DNA from: Azolla caroliniana
Taxonomy: Eukaryota > Plantae > Polypodiophyta
DNA length: 64,000 bases
Reading direction: 5' to 3'
Assembly: GCA_043228905.1 (NCBI GenBank)
Contig: JBHGNT010000015.1
Location: 434,001-498,000, forward strand
Part shown: positions 35,494 to 46,809 of the stretch, piece by piece
Numbering within the stretch: the first letter of the stretch is position 1
How the letters are laid out: each line of letters begins with the position of its first letter
Notes under the pieces: model-generated
Seen by the model: only the letters and a program-made list of their open reading frames with translations
What the model was told of the DNA's origin: nothing
Database searches by the model: none
Made by a program: the position numbers and the translations under genes

Positions 35494-38400
35494 TGTTGGG
35501 ATTTCGGTCCCTTTCGGATGGGATGGTCGGATATCGGAGATGAATGCCGACAAGCCCGGTTTCGGTTTCGGATCCGGATGACGAAGACCCCGGCTTCGGT
35601 GCCGGATGACGAATGTACCCGGAGAGCGATCCGGATGCAGGGACATATCCGTGAATATGTTCGCTACGAGCCCCCTGAGGCTATAGTTGTAAATAGCCCA
35701 AAGTCATATAAGTATAAATATGACTTAGGGCAAACAGTTTTCCTGTTGCTTCTCATTTTTCTGTTTTTCCACTCAAGAGGAGTGAAGTGTAAGCAGCCGT
35801 GAGAGAGAGAGAGAGAGAGAGAGCGCGAGAGAGAAAGAGGTAGACGCCTCTGTGTATTTCCGCCGCCTGTGGCGAGGACAGCGAGCTCAAGGTCGTCGCC
35901 TTGGAGCTCGTCATTGTATACTTCTCTGTACAGTGTTGTTTGGAGTCTTGTACTCCCGTGGTTTTTCCCCGTTTAGGGTTTTCCACGTTAATCCTTGTGT
36001 ACTCGCGTTTCTTCGTTTTGTTTCTACGTGTGTTTCCTATTTTCTGCTCCATTGATCCGCGATTAATCGGTTGTGGCCGAGCGAAGAAGGTGGATAGAAG
36101 GCTCTATTCCTTACAAACTGGTATCAGAGCGACTGTTGCAGAAAATGGAAGGCGGCAGCAGCGGGCAGCCGATGATGATGGTGCTGAATGCACAGAATTA
36201 CGCCGACTGGAAGATCAAGATGGAGGATCTTCTGATTGTTCGGGACCTGTACGAACCGATTGACAGGTCGGAAATACCGAAGGGGGTACTTGAGTCGGAG
36301 TGGAAGCTCCTGAACCGGAAAGCCGTAGCGACGATCCGACAATATGTCGACGTAAGCGTCCTGCAACATGTGGCGAACGACACCAACGCATACGAGATGT
36401 GGAAGAAGCTGTCTGGCCTCTATGAGAGGAAGAATGCGTTGAACCGGACCTCCCTGATGAGGAAGATTGTGAATCTCAAGTATCGGGACGGCGAGAGTAT
36501 GGTGGAACACGTAAGCACGTTCATGGGATTCGTGAACCAGCTTGCGGCGATCAAGTTCCCGTTGGAGGATGCAATGCAAGCCATCATCCTGATGTGTACA
36601 TTGCCGGAAAGCTGGGAGAACCTGGTGGTGACTCTCAGCACCTCGTGCACCGAAGATAACTTGTCCTTACAAACTGTAAAGACAAGTATTCTGAATGAAG
36701 AAGCGCGTCGGAGAGATAAGGAACCGGCCTCCGACCCGAAGATGCTGTTTACCGAATCGGATCGGGGAAGACAATGGAACCGGAGTCCGCAAAGACGGGA
36801 GAAGTCGGGGACCCGGTCGCAGTCAAGAGGAAGGCCCACATGCTTCCACTGTGGGAAGCCGGGGCACTTCCGAAAGAATTGTCGGCATTACCGAAAAGAC
36901 AACGGAGCCGACGACACCGATTCGAAGAAGTCACCGGAGAGAAACGGTGCATACCGGGGAGCCACGGACCGGAGAGGTTCGGATCGGCGAGGGCAGGACC
37001 GGAAAGGAACGACGGCACTCGCGGCAAGTGAGGAAGAAATCATGCTTATCACCGAAGAAGGTGAGCTAAACGTTGCCGGCGATGAGACGACCTGGGTGGT
37101 CGATTCCGGAGCATCGTTCCATCTGACCCCGGAGAGAAGATACTTCTCATCCTACACAGCCGGCGAGCATGGCTGTGTCCGGATGGGAAACGAAGGTACG
37201 TGCCGGATTGCCGGCATAGGAGACGTGTGGCTGACAACCCCGACCGGATGCAAAATGCTGCTGAAAGATGTCCGACACGTTCCGGAGGTCCGACTGAACC
37301 TGATTTCGGCCGGGAGGCTAGATGATGAAGGCTACACGGGTAGCATCCGGAACGGTGCCATGAAATTCAGCAAGGGGAGCTTGATAGTGGCTCGTGCCCG
37401 GAAGGTCAACACACTGTACCTGATGAATGCCTGGTTATGTCCGGAAGAGCTGAATGTGGCAGCCGACACTGCCGGTGAGCTGTGGCACAAAAGACTGTGC
37501 CACATGAGTGAGAAGGGGATGAAGAGGCTTGCAGAAGACAACCTCATCCCAGTGAAGCACGTGCACCTGGAGAAGTGCACCGATTGCCTGGCCGGTAAGC
37601 AGAACCGAACCTCCTTCCACTCAAGGCCACCGTCGAGACGCAGTGCACCATTGGAGTTGGTGCACACGGATGTGTGTCAAGTAGAAACGAAGTCACATGG
37701 CGGAGCCCAGTACTTCGTGACATTCATTGATGACCACAGCCGGAAACTGTGGACAGCACCGTTGAAGACGAAGGACCAAGTGTTGTGCGTTTTCAAAGAC
37801 CTCCACGCGAGAGTGGAGAGAGAATCCGGCAAGAAGCTGAAAGCGATACGAGCGGATAACGGAGGGGAATACCGGGGGCAGTTCCAGGAGTACTGTCGCT
37901 CGAAGGGAATCCGGCTCGAGTTTACTGTGCCGAAGACGCCGGAACTGAACGGGCTGGCCGAGAGGATGAACCGGACCATAATGGAGAGGGTCCGGAGTAT
38001 GCTGGCGCATGCGAAATTACCCAAGGGGTTTTGGGCTGAGGCAATGTCGACGGCGACATACGTGATAAACAGATCACCCTCAGTACCTTTGGACGGAGAC
38101 ACGCCGCAGAAAGTGTGGACTGGTAAGGAACTGTCCTACCGGCATCTGAAGGTGTTCGGGTGTCTCGCATACGTGCATGTGGCAAAGGACCGGAGAGGAA
38201 AGCTAGATCCGAAGACCCGGCCATGCATATTCCTCGGTTACGGCGACGACGAGTTCGGCTACCGAGTATGGGACCCGGTCGACAAGAAGATATTCCGGAG
38301 TCGTGATATCATCTTCATGGAGAACAAGACGCTCGCCGACTGGGAGTCGGAGAAGAAGATGAAGAGCTCCAAGTCGACCGGTAAGGATCAACTCTACGAG

Positions 38401-40850
38401 GAGCAGTCCCGACCGGCAAGGGACCGGTTAGCACTCGAGGATCCGGCCGAAGACGGTGAAGACACAGAACCGGCCGAAGAAGATGAAAATGATACCGGAA
38501 CCGGCCCCGATCCAGAAATGGTCTCGGATGAAGAAGAATCGGAAGAACCGGTTACCGAAGCTCCGGAACGGAGATATCCTCTAAGAGAGAGAAGGGCCCC
38601 CCGGAGATTTCCGGAACCAGAGCACGTGCTGCTAACCGACGAGGGGGAGCCGGAGAGCTTTGAAGAAGCGAAGCATGACACCCAGAGCCGCAGGTGGTTG
38701 AGTGCCATGCAGGACGAGATGGATTCCCTGCATGAGAACCACACATATGAACTTGTGGAGTTGCCGAAGGGAAAGCAGGCACTTCGAAACAAGTGGGTGT
38801 TCAAGCTGAAACCGGGAGATGCCGGAAACCCCCCGAGATACAAAGCCAGGATCGTGGTGAAGGGGTTTCAGCAAAAGAAGGGCGTCGACTTCGACGAGAT
38901 ATTTGCCCCGGTAGTGAAGATGACCTCCATCCGGACGGTGCTGAGCATAGCGGCAAGCATGGACCTCGAGGTAGAACAGATGGACGTGAAGACGGCATTC
39001 CTTCACGGCGACCTCGATGAAGAGATCTACATGCAGCAACCGGAAGGATTCGAGAAGGAAGGGAAGGAGCACCTGGTATGCCGGTTGAAGAAGAGCCTTT
39101 ACGGACTGAAGCAGGCTCCCCGGCAATGGTACCGGAAGTTCGACTCCTTCATGACCAACGAAGGGTACCTCAAAACGCAGTCCGACCACTGCGTGTTTGT
39201 GAAGGAGTTCGAAGGAGGAGACTCTCTAATACTCCTCCTGTACGTGGACGACATGTTGATCGTCGGACGGGACCAGGTCAAGATACGGATGCTGAAGAAG
39301 GCTCTTCACCGAACCTTCTCAATGAAGGACCTGGGTCCGGCAAGGCAAATACTAGGGATGCACATCATCCGGGACCGGAAGAAGAAGCAGTTGTGGCTGT
39401 CACAGGAGAAGTACGTGACGAAGGTGCTTCTCCGGTTCAACATGTCGGAAGCAAGACCGGTCGGATCGACCCTCCCGGCAAACTGCAAGCTGTCCAGCAA
39501 GCAAAGTCCCAAGACAAAGGCTGAGAAGGAGGATATGATGAAAGTGCCGTATGCCTCAGCCGTCGGGAGCTTGATGTACGCCATGGTGTGTACGAGACCG
39601 GACATCGGATATGCAGTCGGAGTGGTGAGCCGGTACATGAGCAATCCCGGCAAAGAGCATTGGAACGCGGTCAAGTGGATACTCCGATACCTGAAGGGCA
39701 CGGCAAACGTGTGCCTCCGATTCGGCTCCGGTAAACCCGAACTCGACGGTTTCACCGATTCGGATATGTCGGCTGATGCAGATACCAGCCGGTCCACATC
39801 AGGGTATGTGATGACGTATGCAGGGGGAGCTGTTTCGTGGCAGTCGAGGCTGCAGAAGACGGTTGCGTTGTCAACCACGGAGGCGGAGTACATGGCAGCT
39901 GTTGAAGCCGGCAAGGAAATAATATGGATGAAGGACTTCATTAGAGAGCTCGGTATCCGGCAAGAGGAGTACCGACTCTACTGCGACAGTCAGAGTGCCA
40001 TCCACCTTGCGAAGAACGCAGCCTATCACTCCCGGACGAAACACATCCAGCGTAGATACCACTGGATCCGGGAAAGGATAGAAGACAAGGAGTTCGTGCT
40101 GACGAAGATCCACACCGACGAGAACGGGTCGGATATGCTGACCAAGGTGCTCACACCCGACAAGCTGGAAGCATGCCGGAAGAGGATCGGATTGGAAAGA
40201 CATCCCATGCCGAAGTGAAGGGGGAGTTTGTTGGGATTTCGGTCCCTTTCGGATGGGATGGTCGGATATCGGAGATGAATGCCGACAAGCCCGGTTTCGG
40301 TTTCGGATCCGGATGACGAAGACCCCGGCTTCGGTGCCGGATGACGAATGTACCCGGAGAGCGATCCGGATGCAGGGACATATCCGTGAATATGTTCGCT
40401 ACGAGCCCCCTGAGGCTATAGTTGTAAATAGCCCAAAGTCATATAAGTATAAATATGACTTAGGGCAAACAGTTTTCCTGTTGCTTCTCATTTTTCTGTT
40501 TTTCCACTCAAGAGGAGTGAAGTGTAAGCAGCCGTGAGAGAGAGAGAGAGAGAGAGAGCGCGAGAGAGAAAGAGGTAGACGCCTCTGTGTATTTCCGCCG
40601 CCTGTGGCGAGGACAGCGAGCTCAAGGTCGTCGCCTTGGAGCTCGTCATTGTATACTTCTCTGTACAGTGTTGTTTGGAGTCTTGTACTCCCGTGGTTTT
40701 TCCCCGTTTAGGGTTTTCCACGTTAATCCTTGTGTACTCGCGTTTCTTCGTTTTGTTTCTACGTGTGTTTCCTATTTTCTGCTCCATTGATCCGCGATTA
40801 ATCGGTTGTGGCCGAGCGAAGAAGGTGGATAGAAGGCTCTATTCCTTACA
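35494..40850 (+). mobile_element. Copia-4: intact Ty1/copia (Tnt1/Tork-like) LTR retrotransposon
   Basis: 622-bp LTRs 35494-36115 and 40229-40850, no differences seen by eye; TSD CACAG; PBS tggtatcagagc 36119-36130; PPT gaagggggag. Confidence 0.98.
36145..40218 (+). CDS. Copia-4 gag-pol polyprotein (uninterrupted, ~1357 aa)
   Basis: Single ORF from ATG 36145: gag, CCHC knuckle, DSGAS protease, HHCC/DDE integrase, RT (MDVKTAFLHG, YVDD), RNase H (TDSD, EAEY, CDSQSA). Confidence 0.96.
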   Translation: MEGGSSGQPMMMVLNAQNYADWKIKMEDLLIVRDLYEPIDRSEIPKGVLESEWKLLNRKAVATIRQYVDVSVLQHVANDTNAYEMWKKLSGLYERKNALNRTSLMRKIVNLKYRDGESMVEHVSTFMGFVNQLAAIKFPLEDAMQAIILMCTLPESWENLVVTLSTSCTEDNLSLQTVKTSILNEEARRRDKEPASDPKMLFTESDRGRQWNRSPQRREKSGTRSQSRGRPTCFHCGKPGHFRKNCRHYRKDNGADDTDSKKSPERNGAYRGATDRRGSDRRGQDRKGTTALAASEEEIMLITEEGELNVAGDETTWVVDSGASFHLTPERRYFSSYTAGEHGCVRMGNEGTCRIAGIGDVWLTTPTGCKMLLKDVRHVPEVRLNLISAGRLDDEGYTGSIRNGAMKFSKGSLIVARARKVNTLYLMNAWLCPEELNVAADTAGELWHKRLCHMSEKGMKRLAEDNLIPVKHVHLEKCTDCLAGKQNRTSFHSRPPSRRSAPLELVHTDVCQVETKSHGGAQYFVTFIDDHSRKLWTAPLKTKDQVLCVFKDLHARVERESGKKLKAIRADNGGEYRGQFQEYCRSKGIRLEFTVPKTPELNGLAERMNRTIMERVRSMLAHAKLPKGFWAEAMSTATYVINRSPSVPLDGDTPQKVWTGKELSYRHLKVFGCLAYVHVAKDRRGKLDPKTRPCIFLGYGDDEFGYRVWDPVDKKIFRSRDIIFMENKTLADWESEKKMKSSKSTGKDQLYEEQSRPARDRLALEDPAEDGEDTEPAEEDENDTGTGPDPEMVSDEEESEEPVTEAPERRYPLRERRAPRRFPEPEHVLLTDEGEPESFEEAKHDTQSRRWLSAMQDEMDSLHENHTYELVELPKGKQALRNKWVFKLKPGDAGNPPRYKARIVVKGFQQKKGVDFDEIFAPVVKMTSIRTVLSIAASMDLEVEQMDVKTAFLHGDLDEEIYMQQPEGFEKEGKEHLVCRLKKSLYGLKQAPRQWYRKFDSFMTNEGYLKTQSDHCVFVKEFEGGDSLILLLYVDDMLIVGRDQVKIRMLKKALHRTFSMKDLGPARQILGMHIIRDRKKKQLWLSQEKYVTKVLLRFNMSEARPVGSTLPANCKLSSKQSPKTKAEKEDMMKVPYASAVGSLMYAMVCTRPDIGYAVGVVSRYMSNPGKEHWNAVKWILRYLKGTANVCLRFGSGKPELDGFTDSDMSADADTSRSTSGYVMTYAGGAVSWQSRLQKTVALSTTEAEYMAAVEAGKEIIWMKDFIRELGIRQEEYRLYCDSQSAIHLAKNAAYHSRTKHIQRRYHWIRERIEDKEFVLTKIHTDENGSDMLTKVLTPDKLEACRKRIGLERHPMPK

Positions 40851-43497
40851 CACAGTGCCCCCATACATAAAGGAGGGGACTCAATGGACCCAAATAAATA
40901 TAGGACCATTATGATAGGTCATACGCTCGCCAAACTATATGGCGCAATAATGGATCAGAGCTTAGCGATTATATGGAGACCTTAAGCCATTGAGCACCTA
41001 AGCACACTGACTTTAGAAAAAAAAATTAACCTAAATTTGTGACTCATTGACAAGTTGATCCACTATCTTGGTTGAACTTGAAGATGTTCTAATGCAAAAG
41101 AAGTGCGTAGTAAGGCTCTCCTTTGTGCACACACACATGAAAAATCACATAAGAATTCACAATATTATGCACATACACTACATCACATAATCACCACTAT
41201 CATATATGAAGTGCATGCAATCACAAACCTTCTAGGGCACACACTTTCTGACATATTCTATTATCATCCGAAAACTCATGAAAGTGGAAAACTACTTGCA
41301 TTTGAATCATCCATATCCATTTCTTCGAGGGTTCAAATATTGTTAGGGCTAAAAAGGTAAGCAATAATTATTTGATAAATCGTTAGAGAATAGAGTGCAA
41401 CACATAAAAAGATAAAGAAATGGAGGAGCACACCGATGGTGATGCAAGGAGGAAACAACTCGAGATGGAACTACCAGCCCCCACGCTGGTTGTTTCCAAC
41501 TCACCTCCCACCCTCCCTCCATTGAGGGTTGGGAGATCGAGTTCGTGTTGGTAAGTGATGGATTCACTATTTTTGAAAATATGTGTATAGCTCTAGGTAC
41601 CTACTTACATTAAGTAGAAAATATGAGAGGATGTGTACATAGCCATAGTTGCTTTCTCATATTTTGGAACTCAGTCGGGGGGTTGATTCCCTTATATATA
41701 TAGATATAAAAGCCACTTTGTATAGCTTTTCTGTAAAGATCTCTATGACATCTCAAACAATTAACTTTGAGAAAAACTAAAGGCACCATCCTTAAACCGT
41801 GCTTCTCTACTCTAGGACCCCAATGGTCACACTCATATATTCACACCTAAATATACATTTTTGCAACACATGGCCCCTCCACCCCCTTGCTCATCCCCTG
41901 CAAATTTTCCTTGCCTTCCCTCCTGGTTTAGTACTTTGTCTATACCGACCCATTCCTCACCGAACATGTAAATCCTCCACAAACTATGTTCATTCACAAA
42001 TGGAATCCCGGGCCCCATAGATCTTATTGAAGATTCCGCCACCACAATTGTTGTATTTCACCTAGATCCCATTATTTAATGTGTCCATTACTTACGAACC
42101 AATGTTTGGGCACCACATAGATAACATTTCACCCACACCCCACCATCACTTCTTGCAACATCAAGCCCACCATCATTGTGACCCGATCTCCACCTTTGTC
42201 TACATCACATGGTGTTTGATCGGTGGAACTCCACAGGCGAAGAGTCCCTCCTTAGAAAAGTCTCTCAATGACACCCCCTCACACATCTCATTGTCCATCC
42301 ATGACTCCTACCGCCTCGCCTCTTGATGCCATGCTCGTGAGAAAACACAATTTCTTTAACACTTCAACATTGATCACTTCTATGAATAACCAAGTGAGCA
42401 TTCACATCTACCCCCAACTATATAAAATAAGACAAAGTCATGATTCAATATCGTGCCCCTAGATGTTTGAGCTTAAGCTCACAGTGTCATGAAACCCCTC
42501 TTTAAAATGCCTTGATTTCAAGCTACCATTGTTTGATTCCCATTGTTCTATTAGGATTTTGCCAATCAATCATTTGCCATTTGCACAACCCCCACTTTCT
42601 ACCCTCTTCCCTTGTCTAATTTCCACAACAACCAATGAATGTGTGCTTCTCTCATGTTCAATTGGTTGACCTTCCCAAGGCCTTGTGAGATGAATTCACT
42701 CCTAATCATCTCCATATCTCTACATTGACATCCACAATTCTATTTTCTTCTTGTCATTCATCCATATCCTTCTCCCCTACCCAAAATTTCAAGGGTGTTT
42801 CATTAGCTCAACCATTCATGCTAGAACCTCGACTTCAACCTTAACCACAAACCCACCGCAAGCCAAATGATTGGATTCTAGTTATGTGCACGTGAGTTGC
42901 ATTCGCTTACGTCTATGACAATGAGTTAATGACTAACACCTTTTTCATCTTTCCCTTGCCTTCAAACAAATGCCACTTTTCACAATGAATACTGCAAGTT
43001 TGGCTCATCAGTGAAGTTTTTGAATTTTTTCTTACCACACATAAGCATTTAAAAGTATTGGTTTCTCTCGACTTCCTCTATCTCACCCATCCATGCCTTT
43101 GCTACCCTCCAAGATGCTCATGCTTTTCATGCATGTTTTTCAATTATTGTTTTGCCTTCTCAAACATGAACCTTCACATAGTAGAATTTTGTGGGAGACA
43201 CGCCGAAAGTTGGAAAGGAAAACCACTCGACCAAGTTATTCTTTCTATTATTCTTATTGTCTCTTTCTTTTTCTGAAAGTTGGAAATAGATTGGCATGAG
43301 GCTCCTCATCCTCAACACTCCTCTCCACCTCCAACTCCCCCAATAATTTTAACAACTTTATCAAGCTCAAGTGACTCCCCCCTAGTTGGCATCGTTGGGC
43401 ACCCACCTCACATTACATGTGGGGGATGTTATGTATCCACCAGGCAACTAATCTCCTATGTTATGATTTGGGGATACACTAGAAACCTTAAAGATGT

Positions 43498-43501
<4 letters not shown>

Positions 43502-43543
<42 letters not shown>
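43502..43543. repeat. (GA)n microsatellite
   Basis: Direct reading. Confidence 0.9.
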
Positions 43544-43547
<4 letters not shown>

Positions 43548-44829
43548 AATTAAAAACAGTAGCATGGATCTATAAATATTTATGTCATCCCATTAACGAA
43601 AGGAACACGTTTATAAATACTTTAAATTAGGATGAGGATGACCTCTAAAGGTGAAAGGAATAACCTTTTGCAAGGTTCTTCCTTGTTATAATCTTTAGAG
43701 CTTGAGCTTGAGCCTCTCTCCCTTTCCACCTAATCCCATTTTTATCTTAAAACCTAATTCTAATAATTGTATTTATGCCAAAGCTTGCAACTAACCATAT
43801 GAACTACTAGAAGCTTAATTATGTTGAGGATCTGGCCCATTTTCACCACTCTCACAAGCTACAAAGTAGATTATTATATGTTTTTGCATATCGACCTCAA
43901 GATGGTTCTCAAGGAAGAATTCTCGAGTAAAAGTATTTAATGGAGAGAAGTAGTCTAAATACATAAAGAATCAACACGGAGTCTTTATTACATGATCAAC
44001 TATGCGATGAATGAGATCATACAATAATGTCATAATATTATTATGTCCCAATGGACCAGATCCAAAGAAATTTGGTTTTTTCTTGAGTGATTACGGATAT
44101 ATAAAAATAATAAAATATTCATTTGCATGTGGAGGCATCTCCATGGATGAAACCTAATCTACTCATTAGACTTGAAAAACTTCTTTTAGACTAACAAAAA
44201 AGCTACATTTGCTACATTTGCAAACCTTTACTGTTGATAACAAAAAAGGTGGTGATGCATAATCAACACATAAGAATGTAGAAAAGCATGAAAAGAAAAT
44301 CATGTCTCACATGAATAATCAACACATAAGAATGTAGAAAAGCATGAAAAGCAAATCATGTCTTTTGTTATAATATCAAAACACTTCTTTGAACAAACCA
44401 CATGATCTTTTGTAGATTTTAAATTATTTTATAAGGTGCTTCACGTGTTCATTTTTAGTGTTGTCTTTTGTAAGGCAATGCCATCGCTTTCTCCTTCATG
44501 ATTTGGAAAGCTAAATCGTCGAAACAAATTCACATAGTTTTTAAATGTTCTATTTCTCCACGTTGCCTTCTATGTGGTGATGTTATCATTTTCAACTCAT
44601 GGTTTGTAAAAGTGTATTTGTAAAGCCAAATTCTAGGAGCAAAGTTTTGCTACGCATCAAAATATGAAGATTTACAATGATCCATGAAGGTTGAAAGTGA
44701 TTTTTTAAAGCATCATAATAAGATAGCATTATTGTGTTTTGGTGTTGACTTGCATAATAAGGTAACTTTATTGTGTTTTGAATGTTGTGGAATATTTGAA
44801 TTTAGCATCTTTTTTGAAAGAGTAAACGG

Positions 44830-46809
44830 TTAACAAGTATGAAGGTGTGGCAAGGAATTAGAAAGGGAATCGTTTGTAGGTGGAGAAATGATGCATATGC
44901 CCGAATGTACATGCCTATTGTTTGGAACCCACTAATTAGAGATGTGGATGGGCTGATGATTGGACAAAAAGCAGTCTTCAAACGGGCCAACTTAATCAAT
45001 GCCCAAGGGAATACATTGGCAGATTGGAAGAGATTTATGTCTAATGATGTGGCCACTCAAAAGGCTAGAATATGGAGGATAAATAGGGGTAAATGCATGC
45101 TAATGAGGATTATAGATGTCATTGCACGCTGTAAAGAATCAAGTGATTGATTCTGTGCAACAGAATAGATATGAACTGTGTGTGTGTATGAGAGAGAGTG
45201 TCAGTGAGAGAGACAAGGAGTAAGACACAAAGAATACGCAAGGTAAAGTATATTAACAAAGGAGAAAGACTCAACATTATACAAGGTGGGAGGAGGGTGC
45301 TTTATATAGTCACCGTCTCTCTTCATTAACTACAAGACTCATGGAGCACAGGGAATGTGAAAGCTCATAAGTTATGTGTCATAGAATATGATTCTATGAC
45401 TCATACTAAATGCTAGAATACAAAGTGGTGACATAATGGTGACTCTTGACCGTTGGAGTGTCTATTCACTCTCAAGGTGAGTTCACACACTAGACCAAGT
45501 TGAGCTTGATTCTCAACACACGCAACAGGCAAACCTTGGAAGATAAAGTTATAAGTCCCTCTGAAATTGAATGGACAGGACTTATCGATGCTGAAAATTA
45601 TCTAATTGGAATTAAGGGAATTAAAGCAGGATCTAATGAGGCATGCGACTACAAAATAAACAATAGAATGGTAATATGTGTGCAACCAACCTATGAAATT
45701 GAAAGGTCAATTAGGTTGCTTGCAAAAAATGGAAAGGATATGATAGTTGACCCCAAGCCGAGTTAGATCAAACCAACGACAGTGTGTTGGCCGATAGAAG
45801 GACATTCAAATCAGCTATCATGGGACCCAACGATGTATTTTTGGAGAACTCAAGGACAAATTGATGGTGCCAAGTTGGTTCAAATTTTCAGGTACAACAC
45901 GAAAATCGGGAGGCAAATTATACTAAAACAAGAACACAAAGATATTGCGGCTCGTAAATTTTGGATACAAGAGGGCATTCGTGAAAGGAGATTAGCTAAA
46001 TTATGGAAAATGATATGGCATGACAATGGTGACCGCAAGATAATGATTGGCTTATGGCTTATTGTGCATAGAGCCTTGCCGGTAGGGGCGTGGGCTAAAG
46101 GCCCCAATGTAGACCCTGGATGTAATGCATGTGGATAGTTAGAAAGCATTTCCTATTGTCTATGGAAATGTCATGAGGCAACGACTGTATGGCGAAGGGC
46201 ATTACGATTGCTATGCCATGCCTCTAGCTCATTTACCCTCAAAGCAATGTACTGAGGGGAGAATGGAACTATTTGATTAATCACTAATAATAGTGCACCT
46301 ACAATTAATGCTCAGAAGAAGAAAATTGGAGATCTATGGATGTTGCTTGCACCCATTATCATATGGAACATCTGGACAACAAGATGTACCAGGGTATTTT
46401 CAGCAAACAAACGACCTCCAACAGAATATATTAAGCTAATAGGGCACACATTAACAACTACATTGAGGGCCCAATATGAGTGGATTGATGGAACAAATGA
46501 TGCTTCTGAATTAATGAGGCTGAATTTTAGAAAACGATGGTGTACTACACCGATGGCTGCAGAAATTGGAGTGGATATATGTTGATAGTACGTAGTACCA
46601 AGATGGTTGTTCCCCCCTCCCATTAGATGACAGAGGGGCGTGAATATCATGAGAAACATAGAGAACAAACATGTGGGCTATTGAGTGTAAGATAAATAAG
46701 TGATGTAGCCCATGTGGAAGTAGGCAATGACTACCCATTAAAGGGACTAAACTTGTGTATTGTATGTCATTTTAACTAATGGAGTATATTCTTATTTGGA
46801 AAAAAAAAG
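44830..46809 (+). mobile_element. 5'-truncated L1-like LINE 3' end (zf-RVT, poly-A), containing a solo LTR
   Basis: LWKMIW...WLIVHRALPVG...CNACG*LESISYCLWKC, IIWNIWTTRCTRVF; A9 tail at 46801-46809. 5' boundary approximate. Confidence 0.75.
45130..45518 (-). mobile_element. Solo LTR (389 bp)
   Basis: tgtaaagaatcaag ... cttgattctcaaca imperfect TIR; 5-bp TSD CACGC on both sides; TATA (ctatataaag) on the minus strand at ~45300. Confidence 0.85.

Larger units (their letters stand above)
35161..40985 (+). mobile_element. RTE-like LINE RT fragment (plus strand), split by Copia-4
   Basis: Left flank reads IKKLQHRKSMDHIGL...LTLIFNHTLAEGFP; right flank continues PIHKGGDSMDPNKYRTIMIGHTLAKLYGAIM, a typical LINE RT N-terminal motif. 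Pieces 35161-35493 and 40851-~40985. Confidence 0.75.

Noticed and set aside
27778-40787. Many antisense and alternative-frame ORFs over the copia elements and LTRs
   Set aside because: They are shadows of GC-rich pol codon usage and repeated LTR sequence, with no recognisable domains.
41750-43260. Possible decayed gag/protease remnant on the minus strand
   Set aside because: The composition is suggestive, but no motif could be read confidently.
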